DNA of 63,650 nucleotides, counting the filler, from Malassezia furfur (lineage: Eukaryota), in the NCBI GenBank assembly GCA_052055015.1. It is 13 parts of 13 records of this genome, joined end to end, with 100 filler letters (N's around TTAATTAATTAA, not from the genome) between each part and the next. Parts side by side here need not be neighbours in the genome. Positions count along the whole stretch, not along the records: positions 44,457 to 49,220 come from JBQJIT010000652.1; positions 49,321 to 54,051 come from JBQJIT010000653.1; positions 54,152 to 58,859 come from JBQJIT010000654.1; 10 more parts are not named here. One strand, given 5' to 3'. The notes below the pieces were generated by a model. It was not told where the DNA came from and made no database searches. It saw nothing but the letters and a program-made list of their open reading frames with translations. Shown piece after piece: positions 44,981-54,553 of the stretch (its first letter is position 1; the number at the start of each line of letters is the position of its first letter). The position numbers were made by a program, and so were the translations under genes.

Positions 44981-46177
44981 CTACTCCGTTTTCTTCGCGG
45001 CGTCCATCGCGTCCAGAATCCCCTCGAGGCGCTCCACGGCGTCGTCGCGGATCTGGTAGTGGAACACCATGCGGGGGCACCGGATCGTCATGGGCGGATC
45101 AAGCGCCTCGGCACGCCGCGAAATCTCGTCGGGGTCATACCCTGCCACAGCCGCGTCGAACCACACCATGTTGGTCTCGCACGGGACCGTCAGCGGAACC
45201 CCACGCGCCGCAAGCATGAGCGCACAGCGCCGCGCCAGGTCGTGCGTCCGGCGCAGCTGCGGGAACGTGTCGTGCACCGCGACGTGTGCCGCCGCTGTCA
45301 GCACACCGAGCTGCCGCATGCCTGCGCCAAACAGTTTGCGGAACTTGCGCGCGCGGTCGATCATCGCTCGTGGGCCCACGAGGATCGAGCCGATCGGTGC
45401 GCCGAGGCCCTTGCTCAGACACAGACTCACCGTGTCGAACGGCGCACACAGCTCGGAAAGCGGCAGGCCCGTCTCGGCCGCGGCGTTCCAGAGGCGCGCG
45501 CCGTCGAGGTGCATCGCTAGCCCATGCTCGCGCGCCCACGCACTGATGCGCACAATCTCGTCTTGCGGGAACACGAGGCCGCTCAGTGTGTTTTCCAGCG
45601 AAATCACGCGCGTGAGCGCATAGTGCTGGTTCTCCTCCACGATTGCATGCTCCTGTACATCCTCGAGCGTGAGGTGGTGGCCGTTTTGCGGCGCGACGGT
45701 CTGCGTCGCTGCGCGCGAGTGGTACGCCATACCACCCGTCTCGTACTGGTACACATGCGCGCGCTGGTCACACAGGACGCTCGCGGGACCACACGCCTGC
45801 AAGATGTGCAGGTGCAGCGCAAGCTGGTTCGATAGCGTGCCCGAGGGCATAAATAGCGCAGCCTCTTTCCCAGTGAGCTGCGCAATCTGTTCCTGGAACA
45901 GCACCGTCGGCGGGTGCACCTGGTGCACTTCGTCCGCACACACCGCCTCGGCCATGGCCTTGCGCATTTCCTCGGTCGGCAGGGTGACCGTATCGCTGTA
46001 CAGGTCGTATGCCAGCTTCCCATACGCCTCGTCGTTGTCGGCGGCCGTCGGTGTGCGCAGCGGCGGAATTAGCGGTTTCGTCACATCCACGCCTGCAGGA
46101 AGCACGGTCTCGCGCACCATGCCATTCACCGCGCTCGATACGGCGCGCATGCCCATCTTGATCGGATGGTAAACCAT
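44981..46177 (-). CDS. GLY1: Low-specificity L-threonine aldolase
   Basis: SDTVTLPT, GKEAALFMPSGTLSNQLA, ISLENT, HLDGARLWNA, CLSKGLGAPIGS, GMRQ. Confidence 0.93.
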   Translation of the reverse strand: MVYHPIKMGMRAVSSAVNGMVRETVLPAGVDVTKPLIPPLRTPTAADNDEAYGKLAYDLYSDTVTLPTEEMRKAMAEAVCADEVHQVHPPTVLFQEQIAQLTGKEAALFMPSGTLSNQLALHLHILQACGPASVLCDQRAHVYQYETGGMAYHSRAATQTVAPQNGHHLTLEDVQEHAIVEENQHYALTRVISLENTLSGLVFPQDEIVRISAWAREHGLAMHLDGARLWNAAAETGLPLSELCAPFDTVSLCLSKGLGAPIGSILVGPRAMIDRARKFRKLFGAGMRQLGVLTAAAHVAVHDTFPQLRRTHDLARRCALMLAARGVPLTVPCETNMVWFDAAVAGYDPDEISRRAEALDPPMTIRCPRMVFHYQIRDDAVERLEGILDAMDAAKKTE

Positions 46178-46315
46178 CGCGGTGCGCAGATAAGGCGTGC
46201 CTCCTCGTCCCCAAATCATGCGCCTACCGCACCGCTCGCCCGATTGGCAGATTGGTCCAAGCGTCAAGGGCGATCGGGGCATGCAGGGCGTGATTTGTGT
46301 GTCCAGATTGCCACC

Positions 46316-47308
46316 ATGGCCCAACGCTTGTTCGTCGTCGGAGGAAACGGGTTTGTCGGTAAGTGCTGCCCGCTCACACAGGCTCGGCGGTGTGCCGCAC
46401 GGCACTTGCACGCGGATGGGAGGTGCAGAGCATTAGGTACGTTCCTCGCCGCAGCCGCTGACCGCCAGCGGGAGCGGCCGTCCGTTCCGCACGCCCAAGG
46501 GCCACGCCCCGGCATGGACCGAGTCGGACAAGATGCATTGGCACAAGGCCGATGCACTGCATCCCGACCAATATAAGGAGATCGCTGCGTCGTGCACGGC
46601 CGCCGTCCACACCATCGGCATCCTGATGGAGTCCAAGTACAAAGGCAGCAAGGGCTCGGCTGCCGGCATCTTCCAAGGCCTCGCCAAGGGCTGGGGGCTC
46701 GGCGACAAGGGAAACCCGCTCGACACTCAGGATGCACTGACCTACGAAAAGATGAACCGCGACTCGGCGATCGCGGTTGCCTCGACGTTCGCCGAGGTCC
46801 AGCAGGCAAAGCACAACAACGAAGTGCCATTTGTGTACATGTCGGCAGAGGACATTATGCGTCCGATCATTTCGCCGCGCTACATCTCGACGAAGCGCGA
46901 GGCCGAGGTTGCGATCGCGACCATCGCCGAGCAAGAGTTCCCGCCGATTTTGCGCGCGGTGTTCATGCGTCCTGGTACGTGGTCCGGCGCTCACACACAG
47001 GGTTGATGTACCACCCGCACAACCGTCCGTGGTCGACGGTGCCCGCAACGCTCATTGATGCATCCAACTACATGCACCGTCTGCACCGCAAGTGGAAGCT
47101 GCCGATCCCGTCGCCGGCCGACATCCTCGCGAGCCGTGCGGTGCCGCAGGCGCTGCATCCGCTGTCGGCCGCACTGACCACGCCGCCGCTCCATGTCGAC
47201 ACGGTTGCGCACGCGGTGCTTGCAGCAATCGAGTCGGAGCATGTGCGTGGTGCACAAAATGTCGAGGCAATCCGCCAGCTCGCCGGCTGGCCCGCCCAAG
47301 TTGAGTAG
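46316..47308 (+). CDS. COQ11: Atypical SDR / NAD(P)-binding protein, Coq11-like
   Basis: VVGGNGFVGSAVC, VHTIGIL, TYEKMNRDSA, FVYMSA, RYISTKREAE, RPGLMY; introns 46359-46381 (23 nt), 46437-46468 (32), 46975-47000 (26). Confidence 0.85.
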
Positions 47309-47474
47309 AACCAAGCAGCCGCCACGCGCCGCGACGTCGGCTCCCGGGCCGCGCGCCCGGCCTTGATGCCCGCTCTCCACATGGCCCGTCCACCGTGCGC
47401 CCCACGCCGCGCGAATCACGTGGACGCTACGCTGGCTGGAGATTGTACGCAGCGGACCCCAGTAGCCGACGACC

Positions 47475-49220
47475 ATGTCGCTCTGGGCCGGATTCACCTG
47501 GTACGTACGCGTGTACCGAACTAATGCAGCTATGTGTCCAAAGGTACGCTACATGCGCCCGGGAAACTCACCGCACAGAGACGTATACGTTTGTGCCCAC
47601 GAACCGCGGCGACCCACCGCGCCCGCTGCAAAAGCTTGTGATCGACCGCAAGACTAGCACGCTGTCGCTCCAAGGTAGGTGTTGCGCGCACTCACATGCC
47701 AGACACCGACTCGCTTGATGTGCCAAAGTACGACAAGCAGTTCATTGTGCACGGGATCCTCGGTGTGCTGTCGCTGCACACCACCGACTTTATGGTGGTG
47801 GTGACGAACCGCAAAAAGGTCGCGCATATCCTTGGTGCCAACGTGTACCTTGCGACCGACTTCCGCATGCTGCCGCTCAATACAGAGGCGAACCCGACGC
47901 TGCTGCGGAACCCGATCGAGAAGCGCCTGCTGAGCTTGGTGAAAGAGTCGCTCTACTCTGGCCCGCTGTACTTCTCGTACGAGTACGACGTGACGAGCTG
48001 CCTGCAGCGCCAGGTCAAGCACGAGTTTGGCCCGGATGGCTCGAAGCTGCCCATGTGGAAGCGCGCGGACGAGCGTTTCTTCTGGAACTACCACCTGCAG
48101 GAGCCGCTCATGCGGCATGCGCAGGACCTGAGTGCATTTATCATGCCCGTCATGTTCGGCTTCCTGGAGGTGAAGGTCGCCCAGATCCACCAGCGCGCGT
48201 TTGTGCTCGGCCTGGTCGCGCGCCGTTCGCGCTACCGTGCCGGGACGCGCTACTTCTCGCGCGGCATTGACGCCGAGGGCCATGTGAGCAACTACAACGA
48301 GACGGAGCAGTTTGTGCTGGTCGATCCGCCGAGCGGCAGCGTGCCGACGAGCATGGAGGAGATCGAGGGCAAGGCGCGCATGAGCTACGTGCAGACGCGC
48401 GGCTCGGTGCCCGTGTTCTGGGCCGAGGTGAACAACCTGCGCTACAAGCCGGACCTGCTTATCCCCGCGGATCCCCGCACGGTGGTGAGCGCCCGCCGGC
48501 ACCTGGACGAGCAGGTGGAGCTGTACGGGAAGAACTACCTGGTGAACCTCGTGAACCAGAGTGGCTACGAAAAGCCCGTCAAGGACGCGTATGAGCAGGT
48601 GGTCCAGGAGGTGAGCCATCCGCTGGTGCAGTACAACTACTTCGACTTCCACCATGCGTGCAAGGGCATGAAGTTTGACAATGTGCAGCTGCTCATTGAC
48701 CAGCTTGAGCGCGAGGGCCTGCGCCCGGACGACTACTTTATGCTCGACACGAACGGCACGCCGCAGGTGCAGCTGCAAAAGTCGGTGGTGCGCACCAACT
48801 GCATGGACTGCCTCGACCGTACCAACGTGGTGCAGAGCATGCTCGCGCGCCTCGTGCTCAACGAGCAGCTGCGCTCTGTCGAGATTTTTGGCGCGGGCGA
48901 CCGCGTCGAGGACCACCCCGCGTTCCTGTACCTCTTCCGCAACGTCTGGGCGGACCATGCAGACGTGATCAGCAAGGCGTACTCTGGCACGGGCGCGCTC
49001 AAGACCGACTTTACGCGCACCGGCAAGCGCTCGATGGAGGGTGCGCTGCAGGACGGGCTCAACTCGCTCACGCGCTACGTCAAGAACAACTTCTTTGACG
49101 GGGCGCGCCAGGACGCCTACGACCTGTTCACCGGCGCGTGGGACTCTGCGACGCAGACACCCGAGGTGGTCGTGCAGCCGTGGACGGTGCGCATGATGCC
49201 GTGGCTGCTGTGGGTGTCGC
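47475..49220 (+). CDS. SAC1: Phosphatidylinositol-4-phosphate phosphatase Sac1, 3' truncated
   Basis: RRSRYRAGTRYFSRG, QTRGSVP, RTNCMDCLDRTNVVQ, YSGTGALKTDFTRTGKR; introns 47501-47529 (29 nt), 47544-47578 (35), 47675-47702 (28). Confidence 0.96.
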
Positions 49221-49320
49221 NNNNNNNNNNNNNNNNNNNNNNNNNNNNNNNNNNNNNNNNNNNNTTAATTAATTAANNNNNNNNNNNNNNNNNNNNNNNN
49301 NNNNNNNNNNNNNNNNNNNN
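49221..49320. other. Artificial contig spacer
   Basis: N44-TTAATTAATTAA-N44. Confidence 0.99.
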
Positions 49321-49380
49321 GATCGGGAGAAAAAAATTTAGGGGGCCGCGATCCGATAGTCTTCGCGTAACCTCCACACC

Positions 49381-50541
49381 ATGGGCAAGCGGGGGCGCGG
49401 CAAGCTGCGCACGGCGCTCGCGAACCACCACGCGCGCGTGCAGCAGCGGCGCGCCGAGAAGCAGCATGCCGAGGCCGTCGAGGCCGCAGGCAAGCGCCGC
49501 ACACGCGCGCCGCACACGCCGCACGCGCCGCAGCGCGCGCCGCGGCACGTCCAGCCGTTCGCGCGCGACGATACGGTGCTGCTCGTCGGCGAAGGTACGT
49601 GCGCCGCTCACCAGGCAACTTTTCGTTCACGCTCTCGCTTCTACGGGAACCCCACAGCCACCCGCCGAGCCAGCTGCTCGCGACCAGCCTCGACACCGAG
49701 GAACAGGTGTGCGAAAAGTACCCTGACGCACGTGCGATCCTCGCCGAGATCCGGGCGCGCGCAGGGCCGTGTGCGGACCGCGTGCTGGCGTTCGGCGTGG
49801 ACGCGGGCGCACTGCACAAGTGCGCGGCGGTCACGGGCGGCAAGGGCGCCGCGCCGCGCCGGTGGAGCAAGGTCTGGTTCGGCTTCCCCCACGTCGGTAC
49901 GTTGCCGCACGACTCACGCAGGCGCGGGGCACAAGGACGAGCAGCGCAACGTGCTCGCGAACCAGCTGCTTATCCTGCGGTTCCTCGTATCGGTTGCGCC
50001 GTACCTGACGCACGGCGCGGTGCCGACGTACGCCGCGAACGTCAAAAAGGCGCGCAAGGCCGAGAGCGACGACGAGGACGACGACGAGGGCGACGACGAG
50101 GACATCGACGGCGGCAGCAGCGACGCGTTCGCGGCGCCCGCGGGCGACGCGACGTGGCGCCCGCTCGCGCCGCCGGCGCGCCAGGGCTCCGTGCTGATTA
50201 CGCTGCGCAACGCCGCGCCGTACACGCAGTGGAACGTGCCGATGCTCGGCAAGCGCCTGCGCACGGTGCTGCCCGCGATCGCGGCCGCGGCGCCCGCGCT
50301 GCCGAAGGCGATGCGCGCGCCGAGCGTGCAGGACGTGGAGCGCAACGACGCACAGTATACCCTATGGCGGAGTTTTGCCTTTTTCCCCGAGGACTGGCCG
50401 GGCTATGCCCACCGGCGCACGATCGGCTGGGTCGAGGGCCTGAGCACGTCGCACAACGAGGACCTGCTGCGCACCGCCACGGCCGCCGGCGCGTGCCGCA
50501 CGTTCGAGCTGGGCCTCGGCGCGCCGGCCGCCTCCACTTAG
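49381..50541 (+). CDS. BMT5: 25S rRNA m3U methyltransferase Bmt5 (DUF2431)
   Basis: After splicing 49595-49614 (20 nt) and 49897-49921 (25 nt): [42 protein letters not shown]. Confidence 0.9.
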   Translation: MGKRGRGKLRTALANHHARVQQRRAEKQHAEAVEAAGKRRTRAPHTPHAPQRAPRHVQPFARDDTVLLVGEGTCAAHQATFRSRSRFYGNPTATRRASCSRPASTPRNRCAKSTLTHVRSSPRSGRAQGRVRTACWRSAWTRAHCTSARRSRAARAPRRAGGARSGSASPTSVRCRTTHAGAGHKDEQRNVLANQLLILRFLVSVAPYLTHGAVPTYAANVKKARKAESDDEDDDEGDDEDIDGGSSDAFAAPAGDATWRPLAPPARQGSVLITLRNAAPYTQWNVPMLGKRLRTVLPAIAAAAPALPKAMRAPSVQDVERNDAQYTLWRSFAFFPEDWPGYAHRRTIGWVEGLSTSHNEDLLRTATAAGACRTFELGLGAPAAST

Positions 50542-52148
50542 AAGCCCCAGTGGAACTGGGCGCCGCCGCCGCCAAACTGCCCGCCGTGCTGCCGCGCAAA
50601 CTGCTGGAACGCGGCGTTCTGGAACATCTGCTGGAACGCGTCGCCGTGCGCGTACGCGTCGCCGTAGTTCGCCTGCCCGCCCGTCGGATCGTTCGGGTCG
50701 TCGCCCTGGTCGTAGCGCGCACGCAGCTCGGCGTCGCCCAGCACGCCAAACGCCTCGTTGATCTCGGCCATCTTCTCCTGGCTGCCGCCCTTGTCGGGGT
50801 GGTGCTCGCGCGCGAGCCGGCGGTACGCCTTCTTAATCGTGCGCTCGTCCGCGTCGCGCGCCACCCCGAGCGTCTTGTAGTAGTCCTTGCTCTTCGACTG
50901 CTTCAGCAGCTTCTGCGCCTTGACGAGCCGCGCGTGCACATCGCGGTCGTGGTGCGAGTGCACAAACGCGTCGTTCAGCGCCGCGACCGCCTCGTCGTAC
51001 CGCCCGTTCGCCAGGTGGTCCTCGCCGCGTGCCACCAGCGCCGGCACACTGTGGGGGTCGCGCGCCAGCAGCTTGTCGCAGAACGGCATCGCCTTCTTGA
51101 ACAGCTGCTGCCCGCTGTACGCGCGGCAGTACAGCGTCTCGAGGTCCGCGACAAGCGCGCTCTGCGCCGCCGCATCGCGCACGCCGCGCGGCAACAGCGG
51201 CTCGCCGTCCGCGTCGGGCGCCTGCGCGTCCGCGAGCACCTGCTGCACCTCGTCGAGGACCGTCGGGCCGCCGACCTTGGGGCCCTTGAGCGCACTCACG
51301 ACGGCCGTCCAGCTGCCGGCGTCCGCAAACTGGTGCGCCTTGCCGAGCGCCTTGCTGATCCTGCGCAGCTGCTTGTGCGCCTGGCGGCACGCGCGGTTGT
51401 CGGGGTCGTTGTGCAGGCACGCCTTGAGGTGCGCGAGGCCCGCGCGCTGCATCTGCGAGTCGTACGTCCCGAGCACGTAGTAGGAGAGCAGCGCGAGCCG
51501 CCGCTGCAGCGCCGGGCTCGGCGCAAGCGCCGCGACGCGGTTCCAGTCGCTCACGGCGTCGTCCAGCGCGCCCTGCGCGACGTGGCACGCCGCGCGGTGC
51601 CGCCGCGCCGCGAGGTCGTTCGGCGCGTCTTTGAGCAGCTCGCTGGCGAACGCAATGCACTCGGTCGCATGCCGCGCGTCGGTCGGCAGCTTCGCGAGGC
51701 GCGCGCTCAGCTTCGCGTCGTGCTGCACCGCGCGCTTCAGCGCGTCGGCGTCGGCGTCCGCCGGCGCGTGCGCCGCGAGCGCCGCGAGCACGTCCGCCGC
51801 GCGCGCATACTCGCCCTCTCGGCGGAGCAGCTTGGCCTCCTGCACGTACGCCTTTGCGAACGACGGGTGCCGCGCGCGCGCCGCCTCGAGGTCCGCGAGC
51901 GCCGCGGCGGTGCGTCCGAGCGCCTGCTGCGCCGTGGCGCGCCGGAAGTACGAGAGGTATGCGTCGGGGTCCAGCGCAATCGCGTGGTCAAACGCATCGA
52001 GCGCGCCGGCGTAGTCGGACGACGTCAGCGCGGTGTTTGCGGCGCGCAGCCACTCGGACACGGAGCGTGCCTCCTCGGCACACACATCCAGCACGCCCGC
52101 AAGCAGCAGGGCGAGCGCGACCAGCGCGAGCCGCACGAGCGTCTGCAT
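50538..52148 (-). CDS. ER-luminal TPR/J-domain co-chaperone (DNAJC3/P58IPK/Jem1-like)
   Basis: Signal peptide [21 protein letters not shown] repeats, [22 protein letters not shown]. Confidence 0.92.
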   Translation of the reverse strand: MQTLVRLALVALALLLAGVLDVCAEEARSVSEWLRAANTALTSSDYAGALDAFDHAIALDPDAYLSYFRRATAQQALGRTAAALADLEAARARHPSFAKAYVQEAKLLRREGEYARAADVLAALAAHAPADADADALKRAVQHDAKLSARLAKLPTDARHATECIAFASELLKDAPNDLAARRHRAACHVAQGALDDAVSDWNRVAALAPSPALQRRLALLSYYVLGTYDSQMQRAGLAHLKACLHNDPDNRACRQAHKQLRRISKALGKAHQFADAGSWTAVVSALKGPKVGGPTVLDEVQQVLADAQAPDADGEPLLPRGVRDAAAQSALVADLETLYCRAYSGQQLFKKAMPFCDKLLARDPHSVPALVARGEDHLANGRYDEAVAALNDAFVHSHHDRDVHARLVKAQKLLKQSKSKDYYKTLGVARDADERTIKKAYRRLAREHHPDKGGSQEKMAEINEAFGVLGDAELRARYDQGDDPNDPTGGQANYGDAYAHGDAFQQMFQNAAFQQFARQHGGQFGGGGAQFHWGF

Positions 52149-52168
52149 CCTTCGCGCACGCTCCAGTC

Positions 52169-52178
52169 GACGTGGAAG
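52169..52178. promoter_or_regulatory. UPRE-like element GACGTGGAAG between DNAJC3-like gene and BXI1
   Basis: Resembles the XBP1/Hac1-type TGACGTGG element; lies in a 125-bp divergent promoter of two ER-stress genes. Confidence 0.5.
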
Positions 52179-52273
52179 GAGGAAGTATGCGTGCCGGGAA
52201 TTATGGCACCGCACGCCCTCGCCACCCCGCATCCGCACTAGCGTGGCGCACCCTTGTCCGGCCCCTCCTCGCG

Positions 52274-53097
52274 ATGCCCGCCGACGCTCCCCCGCCGTAC
52301 ACGTACCACTCCATCTCGCAGGACGAAGAGGCACAGCTCGCCGACAGCGACGCGTTCAAGGTCGACGTCACCGTCGAGCAGAGCGACCCAGAGGTCCGCG
52401 CGCTGTTCGTCCGCAAGGTCTACAGCGTGCTCTTCCTGCAGCTGCTCGGCACCGCCGTCGTCGCAGGCGCCATGTCGACGTCCGGCGCCGTCGCTTGGGT
52501 CCAGCAGAAGTACGCCACACACACTCACGCAGCTCGTGGTTCCTGTTTGTGCCGCTCATCGGCTCGCTCGCCTCGCTCGGGGCGCTGTACTGGAAGAGCC
52601 AGTCGCACCCCGCGAACCTCGTGCTCCTCGCGCTGTTCACACTGATGGAGTCGCTCCTCCTTGGCACCGTCGTCTCGGTCGTGGACGTCGCGGTGCTCTT
52701 CAAGGCCGTCGTACTCACTACGCTCGTGTTTGGCGCCTTGACGGCCTTTACGCTACAGACGCGCTACAATTTCGAGTCGCTCGCATCCTACCTGTACTAT
52801 GGGCTGATGCTGCTTGTCGGCGTCGGGCTCGTGCAGCTCTTTTTCCCGTACAACCACACGTTCGAGCTGCTGTACTCGGTCGCGGGGTGCGCCATCTTTT
52901 CGGGGTACATTTTGTTCGACACCTACCTGATCCAGCAGCGGTACGTTTCTTATTTTTTGGGCTAATCCAGTTTGTCGCCGGACATGTGGGTGCTTGCGAA
53001 CGTGTCGCTGTACCTCGACGTGGTCAACCTGTTCCTCTCGGTGCTGCGCAGTACGTCGAATGCTCACGCAGTCCTCAACGCCACTTCGGACGACTAG
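52274..53097 (+). CDS. BXI1: Bax inhibitor-1/TMBIM family protein
   Basis: [48 protein letters not shown]; introns 52510-52532 (23 nt), 52941-52970 (30), 53051-53071 (21). Confidence 0.92.
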
Positions 53098-53132
53098 ACG
53101 ACGCACGGCGCAGATGTGGCGGCACGCGGCCC

Positions 53133-53265
53133 GTGACATGGCGGCCGTGACATGAGCAGTCAGTGACATGGGCGCCGCTGGCCTTGCCCCTGGCACCCCT
53201 TGGCCTTGGCACCCTTGGCTTGGCGCCGCTCGGTCCTCGGCCCACTTGGCCTGGCACCGCTCGGC
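53133..53265. repeat. Degenerate intergenic repeat array
   Basis: GTGACATG x3 (53133, 53147, 53163) then ~6 copies of GGCRCCNCTYGG with ~15 bp period. Confidence 0.65.
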
Positions 53266-53358
53266 GACGGCGGCCTTTGCTTCGTCACATGCAGAGTACA
53301 CTACAAAAGTACAGAGCGGTGGCCCATCACCATTCCGGGACGGACGCGGGTATACAGA

Positions 53359-53904
53359 TTAGGTCATGAACGACTCGCCACACCCACACGCGTCCTTGAC
53401 GTTGGGGTTGTTGAACACAAACTTGGCCGACAGCTTGTCCTCCTTCCAGTCCATCTCGGAGCCGATGATACTGAATAGCGCGCGCGAGTCGATCAGCACC
53501 TCGACACCGTCCTGCTTGACGCGCTCGTCAAAGCGCCCGGCCTCGGACGGGTCGATGTATTCCAGGTGGTAGCTCATGCCGGCACACCCCTTGTTGCGGA
53601 CGCCGACGCGGATCAGCTTCGGGCCCGACGCATTGTCGCGCAGCGCGCGGATGTGCTCGACGGCCTTGGGCGTGAGCGTCATCGCGGCCTTCTTCGCGGC
53701 CCGCTGCTGCAAACGCTCCGAGACCGAGTTGCGTTTCTCTTGCACACTCGACGGCTTCGCCATCGGCGGCGGCGACGACGCCACGGGCGTCTCGCTCATC
53801 CGCTTCTTTTCAATCGCGCTCCGCGGCACACTCGTCGAGAGCAGGCGGGCCGGCGGCACACACGCCGCACGGCCCCCTGCGCGCAAAGCCAGGCGTCCGA
53901 GCAT
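53359..53904 (-). CDS. ISA1: Mitochondrial A-type Fe-S assembly protein
   Basis: Presequence; LTPKAV, GVRNKGCAGMSY, IIGSEMDW, FNNPN..ACGCGESF. Confidence 0.95.
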   Translation of the reverse strand: MLGRLALRAGGRAACVPPARLLSTSVPRSAIEKKRMSETPVASSPPPMAKPSSVQEKRNSVSERLQQRAAKKAAMTLTPKAVEHIRALRDNASGPKLIRVGVRNKGCAGMSYHLEYIDPSEAGRFDERVKQDGVEVLIDSRALFSIIGSEMDWKEDKLSAKFVFNNPNVKDACGCGESFMT

Positions 53905-54051
53905 GCTCGTTGCGTGTGGCGTGACGGGCGGCGGCGCCGCCTGCCGCTGGGCCTCTATGCTGACTCAGCTACGGCGCCGCGGCCAATCACCGCCGTGGAT
54001 TACTCACCCGCCACGCGCACGGGCGTGGCGTCCGCGGGCGGCGGCGCCGTA

Positions 54052-54151
54052 NNNNNNNNNNNNNNNNNNNNNNNNNNNNNNNNNNNNNNNNNNNNTTAAT
54101 TAATTAANNNNNNNNNNNNNNNNNNNNNNNNNNNNNNNNNNNNNNNNNNNN
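54052..54151. other. Artificial contig spacer
   Basis: N44-TTAATTAATTAA-N44. Confidence 0.99.
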
Positions 54152-54233
54152 CGAGCCGCTCGTTTGGCGGCGTGCTCGACTATGCGCGCGACGGCACGCG
54201 GCAGACGTCGCGGCGGTACTGCGTGCCGCTCCT

Positions 54234-54270
<37 letters not shown>

Positions 54271-54507
54271 TCGCGCACGAGTCACGCCGCGTCGCTCGGT
54301 GCGCCGGACGCGTCGACGGACCAGGTGCTGGGCCTCGCCGAGGACGAGTCGATGCTGCTGCCCGCGCAGGGCGACGAGGGCACGCTGGAAATGATCGCAG
54401 CTACGGAGGACGAGCTGCGGAAATTACATCTCGAATGGGAGTCGAGGGATGCAGGCTCGCCACGACAGCGCGCGTGGACGGAGCCAATGGCCCCGGGCCT
54501 TGGGTAG
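54152..54507 (+). CDS. C-terminal fragment of an unidentified protein
   Basis: Open from contig edge; includes a (GACGCC)n DA repeat near 54241-54270. Confidence 0.45.
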
Positions 54508-54553
54508 ATGCGTAGGCGCGGCGCCGGGGCGGAGTGCCTGCCGCACAAACCGT

